52,523 nt of DNA from Jatrophihabitantaceae bacterium. Its GTDB lineage: Bacteria > Actinomycetota > Actinomycetes > Mycobacteriales > Jatrophihabitantaceae. Of the stretch, positions 8,861-17,872 are shown one piece after another; position 1 is the stretch's first letter; the number at the start of each line of letters is the position of its first letter. The notes beneath the pieces are model-generated. The model was not told where the DNA came from. It searched no databases and was given only the letters and a program-made list of their open reading frames with translations. Where the stretch lies: NCBI GenBank assembly GCA_036497365.1, contig DASXJN010000054.1, positions 1 through 52,523 of the forward strand, read 5' to 3'. The position numbers and the translations under genes are program-made.

Positions 8861-9247
8861 TCACGGATGGCGGTCGGCGAGGACGCAGAACTCGTTGCCC
8901 TCCGGATCGACGAGCACGACCCAGCTCGCCTCGCCCTGGCCGACGTCGGCGGAGCGTGCACCCAGCTCGAGCAGCCGCCGCACCTCGTCGTGCTGGTCCC
9001 GGTCGGCCGGGTTGACGTCGATGTGCAGCCGGTTCTTGACGGTCTTGCCCTCGGGTACCCGCGCGAAGGTGAGCGCCGGCGGGACCGGGCCGGGCCGGCT
9101 CTTGCCTTCGGGCACGGCGGGGGAGCCGATGATGACGATTCCCTCGCCGCTGTCCTGCACCTCGTAGCCGAGGACGGCGCACCAGAACTGCGCGAGACCG
9201 GCGGGGTCGGCGCAGTCGATTGCCAGCTCGGTGAACTTGCTGGTCAC
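8861..9247 (-). CDS. VOC-family (glyoxalase-like domain) protein
   Basis: 128 aa, with a GTG start at 9247 and SD GGAGG (9255-9259, minus strand) 7 nt upstream. 'LAIDCADPAGLAQFWCAVLGYEV...NRLHIDV...VLVDPEGNEFCV' is a glyoxalase-like fold pattern. Confidence 0.72.
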   Translation of the reverse strand: MTSKFTELAIDCADPAGLAQFWCAVLGYEVQDSGEGIVIIGSPAVPEGKSRPGPVPPALTFARVPEGKTVKNRLHIDVNPADRDQHDEVRRLLELGARSADVGQGEASWVVLVDPEGNEFCVLADRHP

Positions 9248-9263
9248 CGGCGTACCTCCTATG

Positions 9264-9277
9264 CGAACATATGTTCG
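9264..9277. promoter_or_regulatory. LexA-type SOS box (Cheo-box-like palindrome)
   Basis: A perfect 14-nt palindrome CGAACATATGTTCG fits the actinobacterial/Gram-positive consensus (T)CGAAC-N4-GTTCG(A). It lies in the 23-bp gap between the divergent VOC and dinB starts and contains the dinB ATG (9271). Confidence 0.55.
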
Positions 9278-10470
9278 TGACCGTCGAACGGCGCATCCTG
9301 CACGCCGACCTCGACTCGTTCTACGCCTCTGTCGAGCAGCGTGATGACCCGAGGCTGCGCGGGCGTCCGGTGGTCGTCGGCGGCGGCGTCGTGCTCGCGG
9401 CCAGTTACGAGGCGAAGGCCTACGGGGTGCGCTCGGCGATGGGCGGCCGGCAGGCTCGGCAGCTGTGCCCGCACCTGGTGGTCGTCCCGGCCCGGTTCGA
9501 GGCCTACGTCGAGGCCAGCAAGGCGGTGTTCGAGATCTTCGAACGGACCACGCCGTTGGTCGAGGGAATCTCGATCGACGAGGCCTTCCTCGACGTCACC
9601 GGGCTGCATCGGGTTTCCGGCACGCCGTTGGAGATAGCGACAACGCTGCGCCGCGAGGTGCGCGAACAGGTGGGCCTGGCGATCACGGTGGGCGTCGCGC
9701 CGACCAAATTCCTGGCGAAGGTGGCCAGCGGCGTCGCCAAGCCGGACGGGTTGCTCGTCGTCCCGTCGGGCGGGGAGTTGTCGTTTCTCCACCCGCTGCC
9801 CGTGGAGAAGTTGTGGGGCGTCGGCCGGGTGACGGGTGCGAAGCTGCGTGAACGCGGCGTGCTGACGGTCGGCGACGTCGCCGCGATCGAGGAACGGGCA
9901 TTGATCGCACTGTTGGGACGTGCCTCCGGTCGGCACATCGCCGCACTCGCCGCCAATCGCGACCCGCGGCCGGTGCACGTCGGTCGGCGCCGCCGCTCGA
10001 TCGGGGCGCAGCGCGCGCTGGGCGTGCGGCGCAACCCCATGCCCGAGATCGACGCGGCGCTGGTCGGTCTCGTCGACCGGGTCTGCCGCCGGCTGCGCAA
10101 GGCGGAGCGGGTGTGCCGCACCGTCGTGCTCCGGCTGCGATTCCACGACCTCACCCGCATCACCCGGTCGCACACGGTGCCGCGACCGACCGATGCGACC
10201 GACCTGGTGCTCGAGACCGCACGCGCTCTGCTGGCGCTCGCGGCGCCGCTGATCCACGACGGCGGCTGCAGTCTCGTCGGGGTGTCGCTGACCAACCTGG
10301 GCAATGCTGACGATCCGCTGCAGCTGGAGTTGCCGTTCGGTGCCCGCGCACCGCGACGCATCGACCTCGCGGTCGACGGCGTGCGCGAGCGATTCGGCAC
10401 TGCGGCGATCACGCGCGGTGTGCTGCTCGGACGCGGCGAGGGTATGACCGTGCCGATGCTGCCGGACTAA
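9271..10470 (+). CDS. dinB: DNA polymerase IV (Y-family)
   Basis: 'ILHADLDSFYASVEQRDDPRLRGRPVVVGG...SYEAKAYGVRSAM...SIDEAFLDVTG...VGVAPTKFLAKVAS' are hallmark Y-family motifs. An alternative GTG start lies at 9277. Confidence 0.9.
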   Translation: MFVTVERRILHADLDSFYASVEQRDDPRLRGRPVVVGGGVVLAASYEAKAYGVRSAMGGRQARQLCPHLVVVPARFEAYVEASKAVFEIFERTTPLVEGISIDEAFLDVTGLHRVSGTPLEIATTLRREVREQVGLAITVGVAPTKFLAKVASGVAKPDGLLVVPSGGELSFLHPLPVEKLWGVGRVTGAKLRERGVLTVGDVAAIEERALIALLGRASGRHIAALAANRDPRPVHVGRRRRSIGAQRALGVRRNPMPEIDAALVGLVDRVCRRLRKAERVCRTVVLRLRFHDLTRITRSHTVPRPTDATDLVLETARALLALAAPLIHDGGCSLVGVSLTNLGNADDPLQLELPFGARAPRRIDLAVDGVRERFGTAAITRGVLLGRGEGMTVPMLPD

Positions 10471-10493
10471 CCGCTGCTGGTTAGCGTGGACGC

Positions 10494-11438
10494 GTGCACA
10501 GCAGCGCCGCCGACTGGTTCTCGCGCTCGACCAGTCGAGCCGGCGACTGGCCGATCGCACGACTGCTCGCCGACAAGGCCGACACGACGATCAGTGTGGT
10601 GATCCCGGCGCGGAACGAGGCGCCGACCATCGGCGGCATCGTGGCCGGAATCCGCGACCGGCTCATCGACGAGCACCCTCTGGTGGACGAGCTGGTGGTG
10701 ATCGACTCCGACTCGTCCGACAACACGGCCGAGCTGGCGCATGCCGCCGGCGCGCAGGTGTACGAGGCGCGTGCGGTCCGCCCCGAGCTGGGCAGGTATC
10801 CGGGCAAGGGCGAGGCGTTGTGGAAGTCCCAATTCGTCACGCGCGGTGACGTGCTCGTGTTCATCGACGCCGACCTGACCCAGTGGGGCACGCACTTCGT
10901 CACCGGACTGCTCGGTCCGCTGCTCTCGAATCCGTCCGTGCAGCTGGTCAAGGGTTTCTACGACCGACTGCTGGACGACGGCTCGACCGCGCACACTCCG
11001 CAGGGCGGCCGCGTGACCGAACTGGTCGCGCGTCCACTGTTGAACCTGCGCTGGCCGGCGTTGTCGGCCGTGGTCCAGCCGTTGGCGGGGGAGTGGGCGA
11101 TCCGGCGGTCGACGTTCGCCACGCTGTCGGTGCCGGTCGGATACGGGATCGAGATAGCGACCTTGCTCGACGTGTTCCTCGCGTCCGGCCTGCCGGCCGT
11201 CGCACAAGTGGACCTCGGCGCCCGGGCGCACGCACATCAATCGGTACACGACCTCGGCGTGATGGCGGCCGAGGTCATCGCGGTGGCGGGCCGGCGGCTC
11301 GGGCTGGCCGAGATCGAGTCGTCCGAGTTGTGGCAGTTCGATCGCGGCAGCGAGCCGCCGTGGCGCTCGCGCGCGGTACCGGTGGCCGAGCGGCCACCGG
11401 TGATCTCGATTCGGAGCGACGATGCTGCAACTGGGTAG
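10494..11438 (+). CDS. gpgS: Glucosyl-3-phosphoglycerate synthase
   Basis: It is a GT-A fold: 'ISVVIPARNEAPTIG...VVIDSDSSDNT...PGKGEALW...VFIDADL...GGRVTELVARPLLN...LAGEWA'. It resembles M. tuberculosis Rv1208 and shows the same adjacency to folP2. Confidence 0.85.
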   Translation: MHSSAADWFSRSTSRAGDWPIARLLADKADTTISVVIPARNEAPTIGGIVAGIRDRLIDEHPLVDELVVIDSDSSDNTAELAHAAGAQVYEARAVRPELGRYPGKGEALWKSQFVTRGDVLVFIDADLTQWGTHFVTGLLGPLLSNPSVQLVKGFYDRLLDDGSTAHTPQGGRVTELVARPLLNLRWPALSAVVQPLAGEWAIRRSTFATLSVPVGYGIEIATLLDVFLASGLPAVAQVDLGARAHAHQSVHDLGVMAAEVIAVAGRRLGLAEIESSELWQFDRGSEPPWRSRAVPVAERPPVISIRSDDAATG

Positions 11439-12282
11439 GCGCCGGTTCGCCGACGAGGAACTGCTCGTCATGGCGATCGTGAACCGCACACCGGACTCGT
11501 TCTACGACAAGGGTGCGACGTTCGAGTTCGACGTGGCGCTGGACCGCGTGCGCGCGGTCGTCGGCGAGGGTGCCGACATCGTCGACATCGGCGGCGTGAA
11601 GGCGGCGCCCGGAACGACCGTGACCGTCGAGGACGAGATCGAACGAACCGTGCCGTTCGTGGCCGCGGTGCGTGCGGAGTTCCCGTCCGTCGCGATCAGC
11701 GTCGACACGTGGCGCGCTCCGGTGGCCGAAGCGGTGTGTGCCGCCGGAGCCGACGTGCTCAACGATGCGTGGGGTGGCTGGGACCCGGAGTTGGCCGCAG
11801 TCGCCGCGACGTTCGGTGCGGCGTTGGTGTGCACGCACGCCGGCGGTGTAGAGCCACGCACCCGTCCACACCGCGTCGAGTACTCCGACGTGATGGCCGA
11901 CGTCCTGCAGCGCACGGTCGGCGAGGCCGAGCGTGCGGTGGCACTCGGAGTGTCGCGCGAGTCGGTGCTGATCGACCCCGGGCACGACTTCGGCAAGAAC
12001 ACCAGGCACTCGCTCGAGGTCACCCGCCGGCTCGAGGAGATGGTGGCGACGGGGTGGCCGGTGCTGGTGTCGCTGTCGAACAAGGACTTCGTCGGCGAGA
12101 CGCTCGGCCGTGCCGTCGGCGAACGGCTGATCGGCACGCTCGCCACGACATCGGTTTCGGCGTGGCTGGGTGCGCGGGTGTTCCGCGCTCACAACGTCAG
12201 CGAGACCCGGCAGACGCTGGACATGATCGCGACGATCCAGGGGATCCGCGAGCCGGTGCGCACCATCCGCGGTCTCGTCTGA
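11422..12282 (+). CDS. folP2: Dihydropteroate-synthase-family protein, FolP2 type
   Basis: 'MAIVNRTPDSFYDKGATF...DIVDIGGVKAAPG...SVDTWRA...LNDAWGG...LIDPGHDFGKNT...WPVLVSLSNKDFVGETLG...FRAHNV' is a near-collinear match to remembered Rv1207. It overlaps the gpgS end by 17 nt. Confidence 0.85.
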   Translation: MLQLGRRRFADEELLVMAIVNRTPDSFYDKGATFEFDVALDRVRAVVGEGADIVDIGGVKAAPGTTVTVEDEIERTVPFVAAVRAEFPSVAISVDTWRAPVAEAVCAAGADVLNDAWGGWDPELAAVAATFGAALVCTHAGGVEPRTRPHRVEYSDVMADVLQRTVGEAERAVALGVSRESVLIDPGHDFGKNTRHSLEVTRRLEEMVATGWPVLVSLSNKDFVGETLGRAVGERLIGTLATTSVSAWLGARVFRAHNVSETRQTLDMIATIQGIREPVRTIRGLV

Positions 12283-12298
12283 CCGCGCGGTCGAGGGC

Positions 12299-12550
12299 TC
12301 AGTCGCCTTCGACCACAGGATGGATCTCGTCGGCGAGCAGGCCGTGTGCCTCGCGGTGCACCGACTCGGCGGCGAGCTCGTCCGGTGCTTCGACCAGGCA
12401 GAAGATCTGGCCCTTGGACTCGTCGACCCAGTACCGCAGATAGTGCACACCGTGCGCGTCCTGGACCGCCAGGTCGGCGGCGTGCGCCTTGGCGACGTCT
12501 TCGGCCGACACCGCGCCGTCAAGATGATGGACGTCCATGAACAGTGCCAT
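12299..12550 (-). CDS. DUF4242-like small protein
   Basis: An ATG at 12550 has SD GGAGG upstream. 'MALFMDVHHL...VAKAHAADLAVQDAHGVHYLRYWVDESKGQIFCLVEAP' is the DUF4242 pattern. Confidence 0.65.
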   Translation of the reverse strand: MALFMDVHHLDGAVSAEDVAKAHAADLAVQDAHGVHYLRYWVDESKGQIFCLVEAPDELAAESVHREAHGLLADEIHPVVEGD

Positions 12551-12636
12551 TGCTACCTCCGATGTGGTTTGTGCGAGCCATCGCCCGTGAGGCAAGCACA
12601 CCGGAGATGACACGGGTCCGGCATCGGGACAGTTCC

Positions 12637-15255
12637 CTATGTTTCGAGGCCGATGCCCTGCTCGCGTGCGGCCGCGACCGCGCGCCCACGACTGGGCTCG
12701 CCCAGCTTGCGCAGGATCGACGAGATGTGGTGGCCGACCGTCTTGGTCGAAAGGAACAGGCGCCGGCCGATCTCCGCGTTGGTCAGCCCGCGTGCCACGA
12801 GAGCGAGTACCTCGACCTCACGCGGTGTCAGCAACGCCGCGTTGCGACGCGTCGCAGTGCGTGGCCCACGCGCGACGGCCAGGTTTCGCTCGAACCGGGT
12901 GCGGGCGATCGCCGCGGCGACGCCCGGCGCGCCCAGCGACGACACGATGATCAGCGACTCGCGTGCCCGGCGCAGGTCGGGATCGCATCCCTTCGCGAGC
13001 GCCACCCACAGCGGGCAGCCCAGCTCGCGCCAAGCCTCGGCAGCCTCGTCCCACACGCCGGCCAGCATCAGCTCGAACACCGGAGCCACCTGAGCCGGCG
13101 GCTCGACATGGACGCCGCCGAGCTCGGCCCACCACAACAATTCGCCGAGCTGCCACGGATTCCCCCGTGTCGCGGCCATCGGCAACACCGACGTCACGAG
13201 CTCGCCAACCGCGCCGGTGTCGCCGGTCAACCAGGCCACTTCGGCGCGCGCGATCGTCGCGGGCAGCATCCGCTGGCTCTCGCCCGTCTCGGCAGCAAGC
13301 TCGGTCGCCTCTGCCAACGGGGCGTCGTGGTCGAGCTGACGTCGGGCCGACACCCGGGCCAGCACCAGCGCGGCCTGGATGCGCGAGATCGGCGCCAGGT
13401 CGGCATGGCCGAGGATGCGCGCGGACAGCGCGAGAGCCTCGTCGTAGTCGCCACGCTCGGCGAAGACGATCGCTCGCCAGCCGCTCATGTATCGGCTCCA
13501 CGAATCCAGATCACGGTCGTCGCAGTACGCGATGCCCGCATCGAGACGCTCCTCCGCCTCGGCCAATCGCCACCTCCGGGTTGCGACGCTGCCCAGGTTG
13601 GTGAACGCCCGAGCGGCATGCTCGTGCGCGTCCGCCTCGAGGGCGAGGGCGAGACTCTGCTGGATCATGCGCAGCCCTTCGGCGTCGCCCGCTTGCTCGC
13701 AGGTCGCCGTCCCGACGTTGTTCAGGGCGTGGATCTCGATCTCACGGTCGCCGATCCGCGCGGCCACCGCCAAGGCGCGACGCCCCCAGTCGGTCGTCGC
13801 CGCGGTGTTGCCCGCCAGCATCATCAGCTGCGACATGTTGCTGTATGCCATGCCGAGTTCATGACCGTCGCCCAACGGCTCGAGGGCCGCGATCGCTTTC
13901 TCGGCATAGCGTTCGCTGTCGACGTTCTGCCCGAGGAACCACGTCAACCTGGACAGCCGGCGCTGAGCGGCACCCAGGGCGGCGGCGTCATCGGCAACCT
14001 CGTAGGCATCCGCCGCCTGCCGCATCGCGGCAAGCGCCTCGGGTAGCTGATCGGTGAGATAGCACTCGTAGGCCAGCGCATCGGCCAGTTCCGCCCGTTC
14101 CCGCAACGCTAGATGCGGCACACGAAGCGCCATCCGATATTGCGCCGCCGACTCGTGGTGCGCTCCGAGGTCGGCGGCCCGCCGAGCCGCGATACGTGCG
14201 TGCCGGAGCAGAACCTCCCATTCGGCGCATCCGGCGGCGTGATAGGCGATCGCGCGTGCATCGGTCGAGCCGCCGGCGAGCAGTTCGTGCAGCGCTGCAC
14301 GATGCACGGCGCTGCGCTCCGACCCCGACAACGTCTCGAGGACGGCCAGGCGCGCAAGCTCATGGCGGAACGCGCACTCATCGTTCTCCACGACGAGTAC
14401 GCCGTGCGCGATGCATTCGTCGAGCGCCGACTCCGGTTCGCCGACGACCAGTGCGAGCGTGCGCGGATCAACGCGGGTGCCGAGCACTGCGGCGCCGGCC
14501 AGGACGTGCTGCGCTGCAGGGGTCAATCGCGACGACCGGGCAAGGACCGCGTCGCGTACGGTCGTCGGCACGGTTGCCGCACCCGCCGCCAGAACCTCGG
14601 TGACGAAGAAGGGATTCCCACCGGTACGGCCGTGCAGGTCGGTCGGATCGATCGTCAGCTCGGCCGCCTCGACGAGGCGCGCGACGCCGGCGGTGGACAG
14701 CGGCGTCAGATCCATCCGGACGACCCCGGCGGCTGCCGCCAGATCGCCCATCACCACAGCGAGCCGGTGCCGGGGCGGGACGTCCTCGTGGCGATAGGTC
14801 GCGACCACGAGCAGTGGCATGCCCTCCAGCCGGCGACCCAGGTACCGGACGACGTCAAGAGTTGCTTCGTCGGCCCAGTGCACGTCCTCGAGCACGAGCA
14901 GGGTGGGCTCGCGTGCCAACAACTCGCGCGCTGCATGGAACAGGCTGAGCTTGCCCCGGGCCGCGATGTCATCGGTTACGCGCGCGAGTTCCGGCGCTGC
15001 CTCGAGCAGGGCGCCCAACGCGGCCGCGGTGGTGACGTCGTCCGCGTAGCCGCATCGAACCGTCGACCGACCGCGCGCCGTTTCGATGACGTCGCGGACC
15101 AGCGACGATTTGCCGACGCCGGCCTCGCCGCCGAGGAAGACCAGGCGCCCATGACCTTCCAGTGCGTCGCGGATGAGGCGGTCGAACTCGGCTGTCTCAC
15201 GCTCCCTTTCGACGAGCACGGACTCATTGAACCGCGAACGCGGCAGGCTGCCCAC
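12637..15255 (-). CDS. Large ATP-binding LuxR-family regulator (LAL type: AAA/STAND NTPase + TPR-like repeats + LuxR HTH)
   Basis: It has Walker A 'GGEAGVGKSSLV', Walker B 'LLVLEDVHWAD', a long helical-repeat middle and a C-terminal 'LTPREVEVLALVARGLTNAEIGRRLFLSTKTVGHHISSILRKLG'. A GTG at 15255 lies 4 nt after the upstream gene's stop. Alternative starts lie at 15219 and 15213. Confidence 0.85.
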   Translation of the reverse strand: MGSLPRSRFNESVLVERERETAEFDRLIRDALEGHGRLVFLGGEAGVGKSSLVRDVIETARGRSTVRCGYADDVTTAAALGALLEAAPELARVTDDIAARGKLSLFHAARELLAREPTLLVLEDVHWADEATLDVVRYLGRRLEGMPLLVVATYRHEDVPPRHRLAVVMGDLAAAAGVVRMDLTPLSTAGVARLVEAAELTIDPTDLHGRTGGNPFFVTEVLAAGAATVPTTVRDAVLARSSRLTPAAQHVLAGAAVLGTRVDPRTLALVVGEPESALDECIAHGVLVVENDECAFRHELARLAVLETLSGSERSAVHRAALHELLAGGSTDARAIAYHAAGCAEWEVLLRHARIAARRAADLGAHHESAAQYRMALRVPHLALRERAELADALAYECYLTDQLPEALAAMRQAADAYEVADDAAALGAAQRRLSRLTWFLGQNVDSERYAEKAIAALEPLGDGHELGMAYSNMSQLMMLAGNTAATTDWGRRALAVAARIGDREIEIHALNNVGTATCEQAGDAEGLRMIQQSLALALEADAHEHAARAFTNLGSVATRRWRLAEAEERLDAGIAYCDDRDLDSWSRYMSGWRAIVFAERGDYDEALALSARILGHADLAPISRIQAALVLARVSARRQLDHDAPLAEATELAAETGESQRMLPATIARAEVAWLTGDTGAVGELVTSVLPMAATRGNPWQLGELLWWAELGGVHVEPPAQVAPVFELMLAGVWDEAAEAWRELGCPLWVALAKGCDPDLRRARESLIIVSSLGAPGVAAAIARTRFERNLAVARGPRTATRRNAALLTPREVEVLALVARGLTNAEIGRRLFLSTKTVGHHISSILRKLGEPSRGRAVAAAREQGIGLET

Positions 15256-15259
15256 GGGC

Positions 15260-15832
15260 TCAGGCGTTGCGAGCGATCTGTTCGAGCCGATCGCGGTAGG
15301 CCTCCCATCCGCCGTCCGGCACCCACAGATTGGTGACCTCCTCGCGCAACCCGGCAACTCCGTCGATCATTTCGCGCACGATGTCCATGTGCCCGGCGTG
15401 GCGGTTCGTCTCGGCGATGACGTGGACCAGGATCCGGTGCAGGGTGACCTCGTTGCGCTCGGCGGGCCACCACGGTACGTGTCCGATGTCGTCCAGCGAG
15501 AGCGTCGCGATCGTCTCGTCCGCGTGCTCCCACACCCGCCGGTAGTACCCGATGATGAACTCGGCGGTCTCATCCGCAGTGACCCACATGTCCGAACTCG
15601 AGTCGTCCTCCGACCAGGCCGGTGGCTCCGGGAAGGGACGGTCGAACGTGTCGCCGAAGTAGCCGGCCTCGACGCTGGCCAGGTGCTTGACCAGTCCGAG
15701 CAGGTTCGTCCCGGTCGGTGTCATCGGACGCCGCAGGTCGTACTCGGACAGACCGTCCAGCTTCCACACCACCGCCTCACGAACGACCTGCAGGTAGCGG
15801 ACGAGGTCTTCCTTGGCGTCGGGCTGGGTCAT
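15260..15832 (-). CDS. DinB-family (DUF664, mycothiol-transferase-like four-helix-bundle) protein
   Basis: 'LVRYLQVVREAVVWKLDGLSEYDLRRPMTPTGTNLLGLVKHLA...HVIAETNRHAGHMDIVRE' carries the typical DinB/DUF664 His triad spacing. Confidence 0.78.
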   Translation of the reverse strand: MTQPDAKEDLVRYLQVVREAVVWKLDGLSEYDLRRPMTPTGTNLLGLVKHLASVEAGYFGDTFDRPFPEPPAWSEDDSSSDMWVTADETAEFIIGYYRRVWEHADETIATLSLDDIGHVPWWPAERNEVTLHRILVHVIAETNRHAGHMDIVREMIDGVAGLREEVTNLWVPDGGWEAYRDRLEQIARNA

Positions 15833-15866
15833 ACCTGGCAGCCTGCCACCACCGGCACAGCCGTTA

Positions 15867-16631
15867 TCACGGTCGCTCGGGCAGGATCGGCAGTCGCGAC
15901 GAGATGGCGTTCGCTGCCCCGACGACCGGCTTGACGAAGCTGCGCGGGTCCTTCCGGCCGACGGTGACGACTACAGAGACCGCGGCGACAACGCGCCGTG
16001 TGCGATCACGAATCGGCGCCGCGACCGACACCGACACTGTCTCGATCTGCCGGTCGCTGATGACGTAGCCGTCGCGGCGCACGTCGGCCAATGTGCGCCT
16101 GACCCGGCGCGGGTCGGTCACCGTGAATCGGGTGAAACGTGCCAGCGGTGCGGCGAGCACCTCGTCCTGCACCTCGATCGGCGCGTGCGCAAGCAGCACC
16201 AGGCCGACGCCACTCGCGTGGACCGGCAATCTGCTGCCCGGGCGGGTGACGATGTGCACGGACTCGGGACCGCTGAGCCGGTCGAGATAGACAGCCTCCA
16301 AGCCGTCGAGTACTGCCAACTGCACGTTCTCGCGCGTCGTCGCGTACAACTCCTGCAGATAGGGCAGCGCCGCCTCGCGCAGGTCGACGGCTCGCGAGGC
16401 GGTCGACGCGATCTCCCACAGCCGCAGCCCGATCCGGAACTGATGGTCCTGATCGCGCTCGAGCAACCCGTGCCGGGTCAGCTCTCCGGTCAGGCGGTGC
16501 ACCGTCGTGAGCGGGAGGGCGGTGCGGCGCGCGATCTCGGACAACGTCATCGCGTTGTGCGCGGTGTCGAACGCGCTGAGGACGGTCGCCACGCGGGCCG
16601 TCACCGTCGGTCCGGCCACGGTGTACCTCAC
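15867..16631 (-). CDS. IclR-family transcriptional regulator (PcaR/PobR-like)
   Basis: It has an N-terminal wHTH 'VLSAFDTAHNAMTLSEIARRTALPLTTVHRLTGEL' and an IclR effector domain. It is divergent from pobA with a ~56-bp gap. The start is the GTG at 16631 or 16619. Confidence 0.85.
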   Translation of the reverse strand: MRYTVAGPTVTARVATVLSAFDTAHNAMTLSEIARRTALPLTTVHRLTGELTRHGLLERDQDHQFRIGLRLWEIASTASRAVDLREAALPYLQELYATTRENVQLAVLDGLEAVYLDRLSGPESVHIVTRPGSRLPVHASGVGLVLLAHAPIEVQDEVLAAPLARFTRFTVTDPRRVRRTLADVRRDGYVISDRQIETVSVSVAAPIRDRTRRVVAAVSVVVTVGRKDPRSFVKPVVGAANAISSRLPILPERP

Positions 16632-16687
16632 TTCCGCTCACCGGAAAGCATAGGACGAGAGGGGCAGCGGTGTTGCAGGCTCGAAAG

Positions 16688-17872
16688 ATGCGTACGCAGG
16701 TCGCCGTCGTCGGTGCCGGTCCCGCCGGGCTGGTGCTCTCGCAGCTGCTGCACCTGCAGGGCGTGGACTCCGTGGTGCTCGAGCGACGCGACCGCGCCTA
16801 TGTCGAGGCCCGGGTGCGCGCCGGAGTGCTCGAACACGGCACCGCCGAGACGCTGCGCGAGGCGGGCGTCGGCAAGCGCATGGACGACGAGGGCATGCCG
16901 CACGACGGCACGGAGCTGCGGTTTCGCCGGCAACGGCACCGCATCGACTTCCGCGAGCTCACCGGTCGCGGCATCCTCGTCTACGGCCAGCAAGAGGTCG
17001 TGAAGGACGTCATCGCCGCGCGGCTCGACGCGGGCGGCGACATCCGTTTCGAGATCGACGACATCACCCTGCACGATCTCGATACGGATCGGCCGTCCCT
17101 GCGGTTCACCGAGAACGGCGAAGCGCAGCGGATCGACGCCGATTTCGTGATCGGCGCCGACGGTTTCCACGGCATCAGCCGCGACCTCCTACCCGGACTC
17201 GAAGTGTTCGAGCGCGGGTACCCGTTCGGCTGGCTCGGCATTCTCGCCGAGGCGCCGCCGTCGTCGCACGAGCTCATCTACTGCCGCTCGGACAACGGCT
17301 TCGCGCTGCACTCGATGCGCTCGCCCACCATCACCCGGATGTACCTCCAGGTGCCCGCGACCGCCGATGTCGGAGACTGGCCGGACGACAGGATCTGGAC
17401 CGAGCTGCACAGCCGACTCGGCACCGACGACGGCTTCGAGCTCACCGAAGGCCCGCTGCTCGACAAGAGCATCACCCCGATGCGCAGCTTCGTCGCGACG
17501 CCGATGCACTCCGGCCGGCTGCTGCTCGCGGGCGACGCGGCCCACATCGTGCCGCCTACCGGCGCCAAGGGCATGAATCTCGCCATCGCCGACGTCCGGT
17601 TGCTCGCGCGCGCCCTCGCCGGCTTTTACGCCGACGGCCGTACCGACCTGCTCGACGCCTACACCGACACCGCGCTGCGGCGCGTGTGGCGCAGTACGCA
17701 CTTCTCGTGGTGGATGACGACGATGCTGCACCCGGACCCGGATGCCGATGCGTTCACGCACCGGCTCGCCGAGGCGCAACTGGACTACGTCACGTCGTCG
17801 CGCGCAATGGCGACCTCGCTCGCCGAGAACTACACCGGCATGCCCTACGAATCCGGCTGGAGCTACCGATGA
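16688..17872 (+). CDS. pobA: 4-hydroxybenzoate 3-monooxygenase
   Basis: 'MRTQVAVVGAGPAGLVLSQLLHLQGVDSVVLE...YGQQEVVKD...CDGFHGISR...FERGYPFGWLGILA...LLAGDAAHIVPPTGAKGMNLA' is collinear with Pseudomonas PobA. Confidence 0.92.
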   Translation: MRTQVAVVGAGPAGLVLSQLLHLQGVDSVVLERRDRAYVEARVRAGVLEHGTAETLREAGVGKRMDDEGMPHDGTELRFRRQRHRIDFRELTGRGILVYGQQEVVKDVIAARLDAGGDIRFEIDDITLHDLDTDRPSLRFTENGEAQRIDADFVIGADGFHGISRDLLPGLEVFERGYPFGWLGILAEAPPSSHELIYCRSDNGFALHSMRSPTITRMYLQVPATADVGDWPDDRIWTELHSRLGTDDGFELTEGPLLDKSITPMRSFVATPMHSGRLLLAGDAAHIVPPTGAKGMNLAIADVRLLARALAGFYADGRTDLLDAYTDTALRRVWRSTHFSWWMTTMLHPDPDADAFTHRLAEAQLDYVTSSRAMATSLAENYTGMPYESGWSYR

